In this document: positions 63,717-64,000 of the stretch, one piece after another
Position numbering within the stretch: position 1 is the stretch's first letter
Layout: every line of letters starts with the position of its first letter
Origin: Octopus sinensis
Lineage: Eukaryota
Assembly: GCF_006345805.1 (NCBI RefSeq)
Contig: NC_043003.1
Coordinates: 94,302,001-94,366,000, forward strand
DNA: 64,000 bases
Direction: 5' to 3'
The notes under the pieces: model-generated
Told to the model about the DNA's origin: nothing
Seen by the model: the letters and a program-made list of their open reading frames with translations, nothing else
The model's database searches: none
Translations under genes and position numbers: made by a program

Positions 63717-64000
63717 ATATGATCTCCCTCCCTTTCACTTTCTCTCCCTCTGTCTCACACACACAAACACACACGCACACACACACAGATCTTTTATTGT
63801 CATACTAACACGCCGAAACGCTAACAGAACGAGAACGGTGAAGAAGTTTCAATAAATTAGTAATGCAATATACAACTTATAAACAAGGCCAAATGAAAAT
63901 TATTTCTATGCCAATATGCTGATCACAGACTTTTAAATCTTCAATTTCCACATATTATTATATACCCACTACAGAAATGCGTTGTGCTGAAATCGAGGAA

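Overview
This is eukaryotic, AT-rich, repeat-saturated non-coding DNA. The SINE families and microsatellite load resemble a coleoid cephalopod genome, most likely Octopus; that assignment is inferred from recalled repeat sequences, not from a search. I find no host protein-coding exon I can support. Almost all listed ORFs are translated microsatellites, and the remaining recognisable coding sequence is decayed transposon. Decayed elements: a D,D34D mariner with TIRs (14.3-15.5 kb), DD37D/maT elements (17.0 and 28.8-29.8 kb), an internally deleted mariner (50.6-51.3 kb), a hAT transposase relic (43.9-45.1 kb), L1/Tx1 RT and ORF1 fragments, an RTE LINE (33.3-35.7 kb) and a non-autonomous Helitron (57.6-58.2 kb). 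There are also about 30 tRNA-type SINE copies. The most interesting signal is a set of type I hammerhead-ribozyme motifs from at least five unrelated sequence families, most with the palindromic helix III of Penelope-like elements. They include one fully canonical core at 63.4 kb, an identical inverted pair at 20.6/22.7 kb, and a tRNA-headed SINE at 10.1 kb whose tail is a hammerhead-bearing Penelope-type end, duplicated in inverted orientation in front of the head. A 5S rRNA-headed SINE3 candidate lies at 39.8-40.1 kb. All structures were paired by eye; no folding or database search was run.
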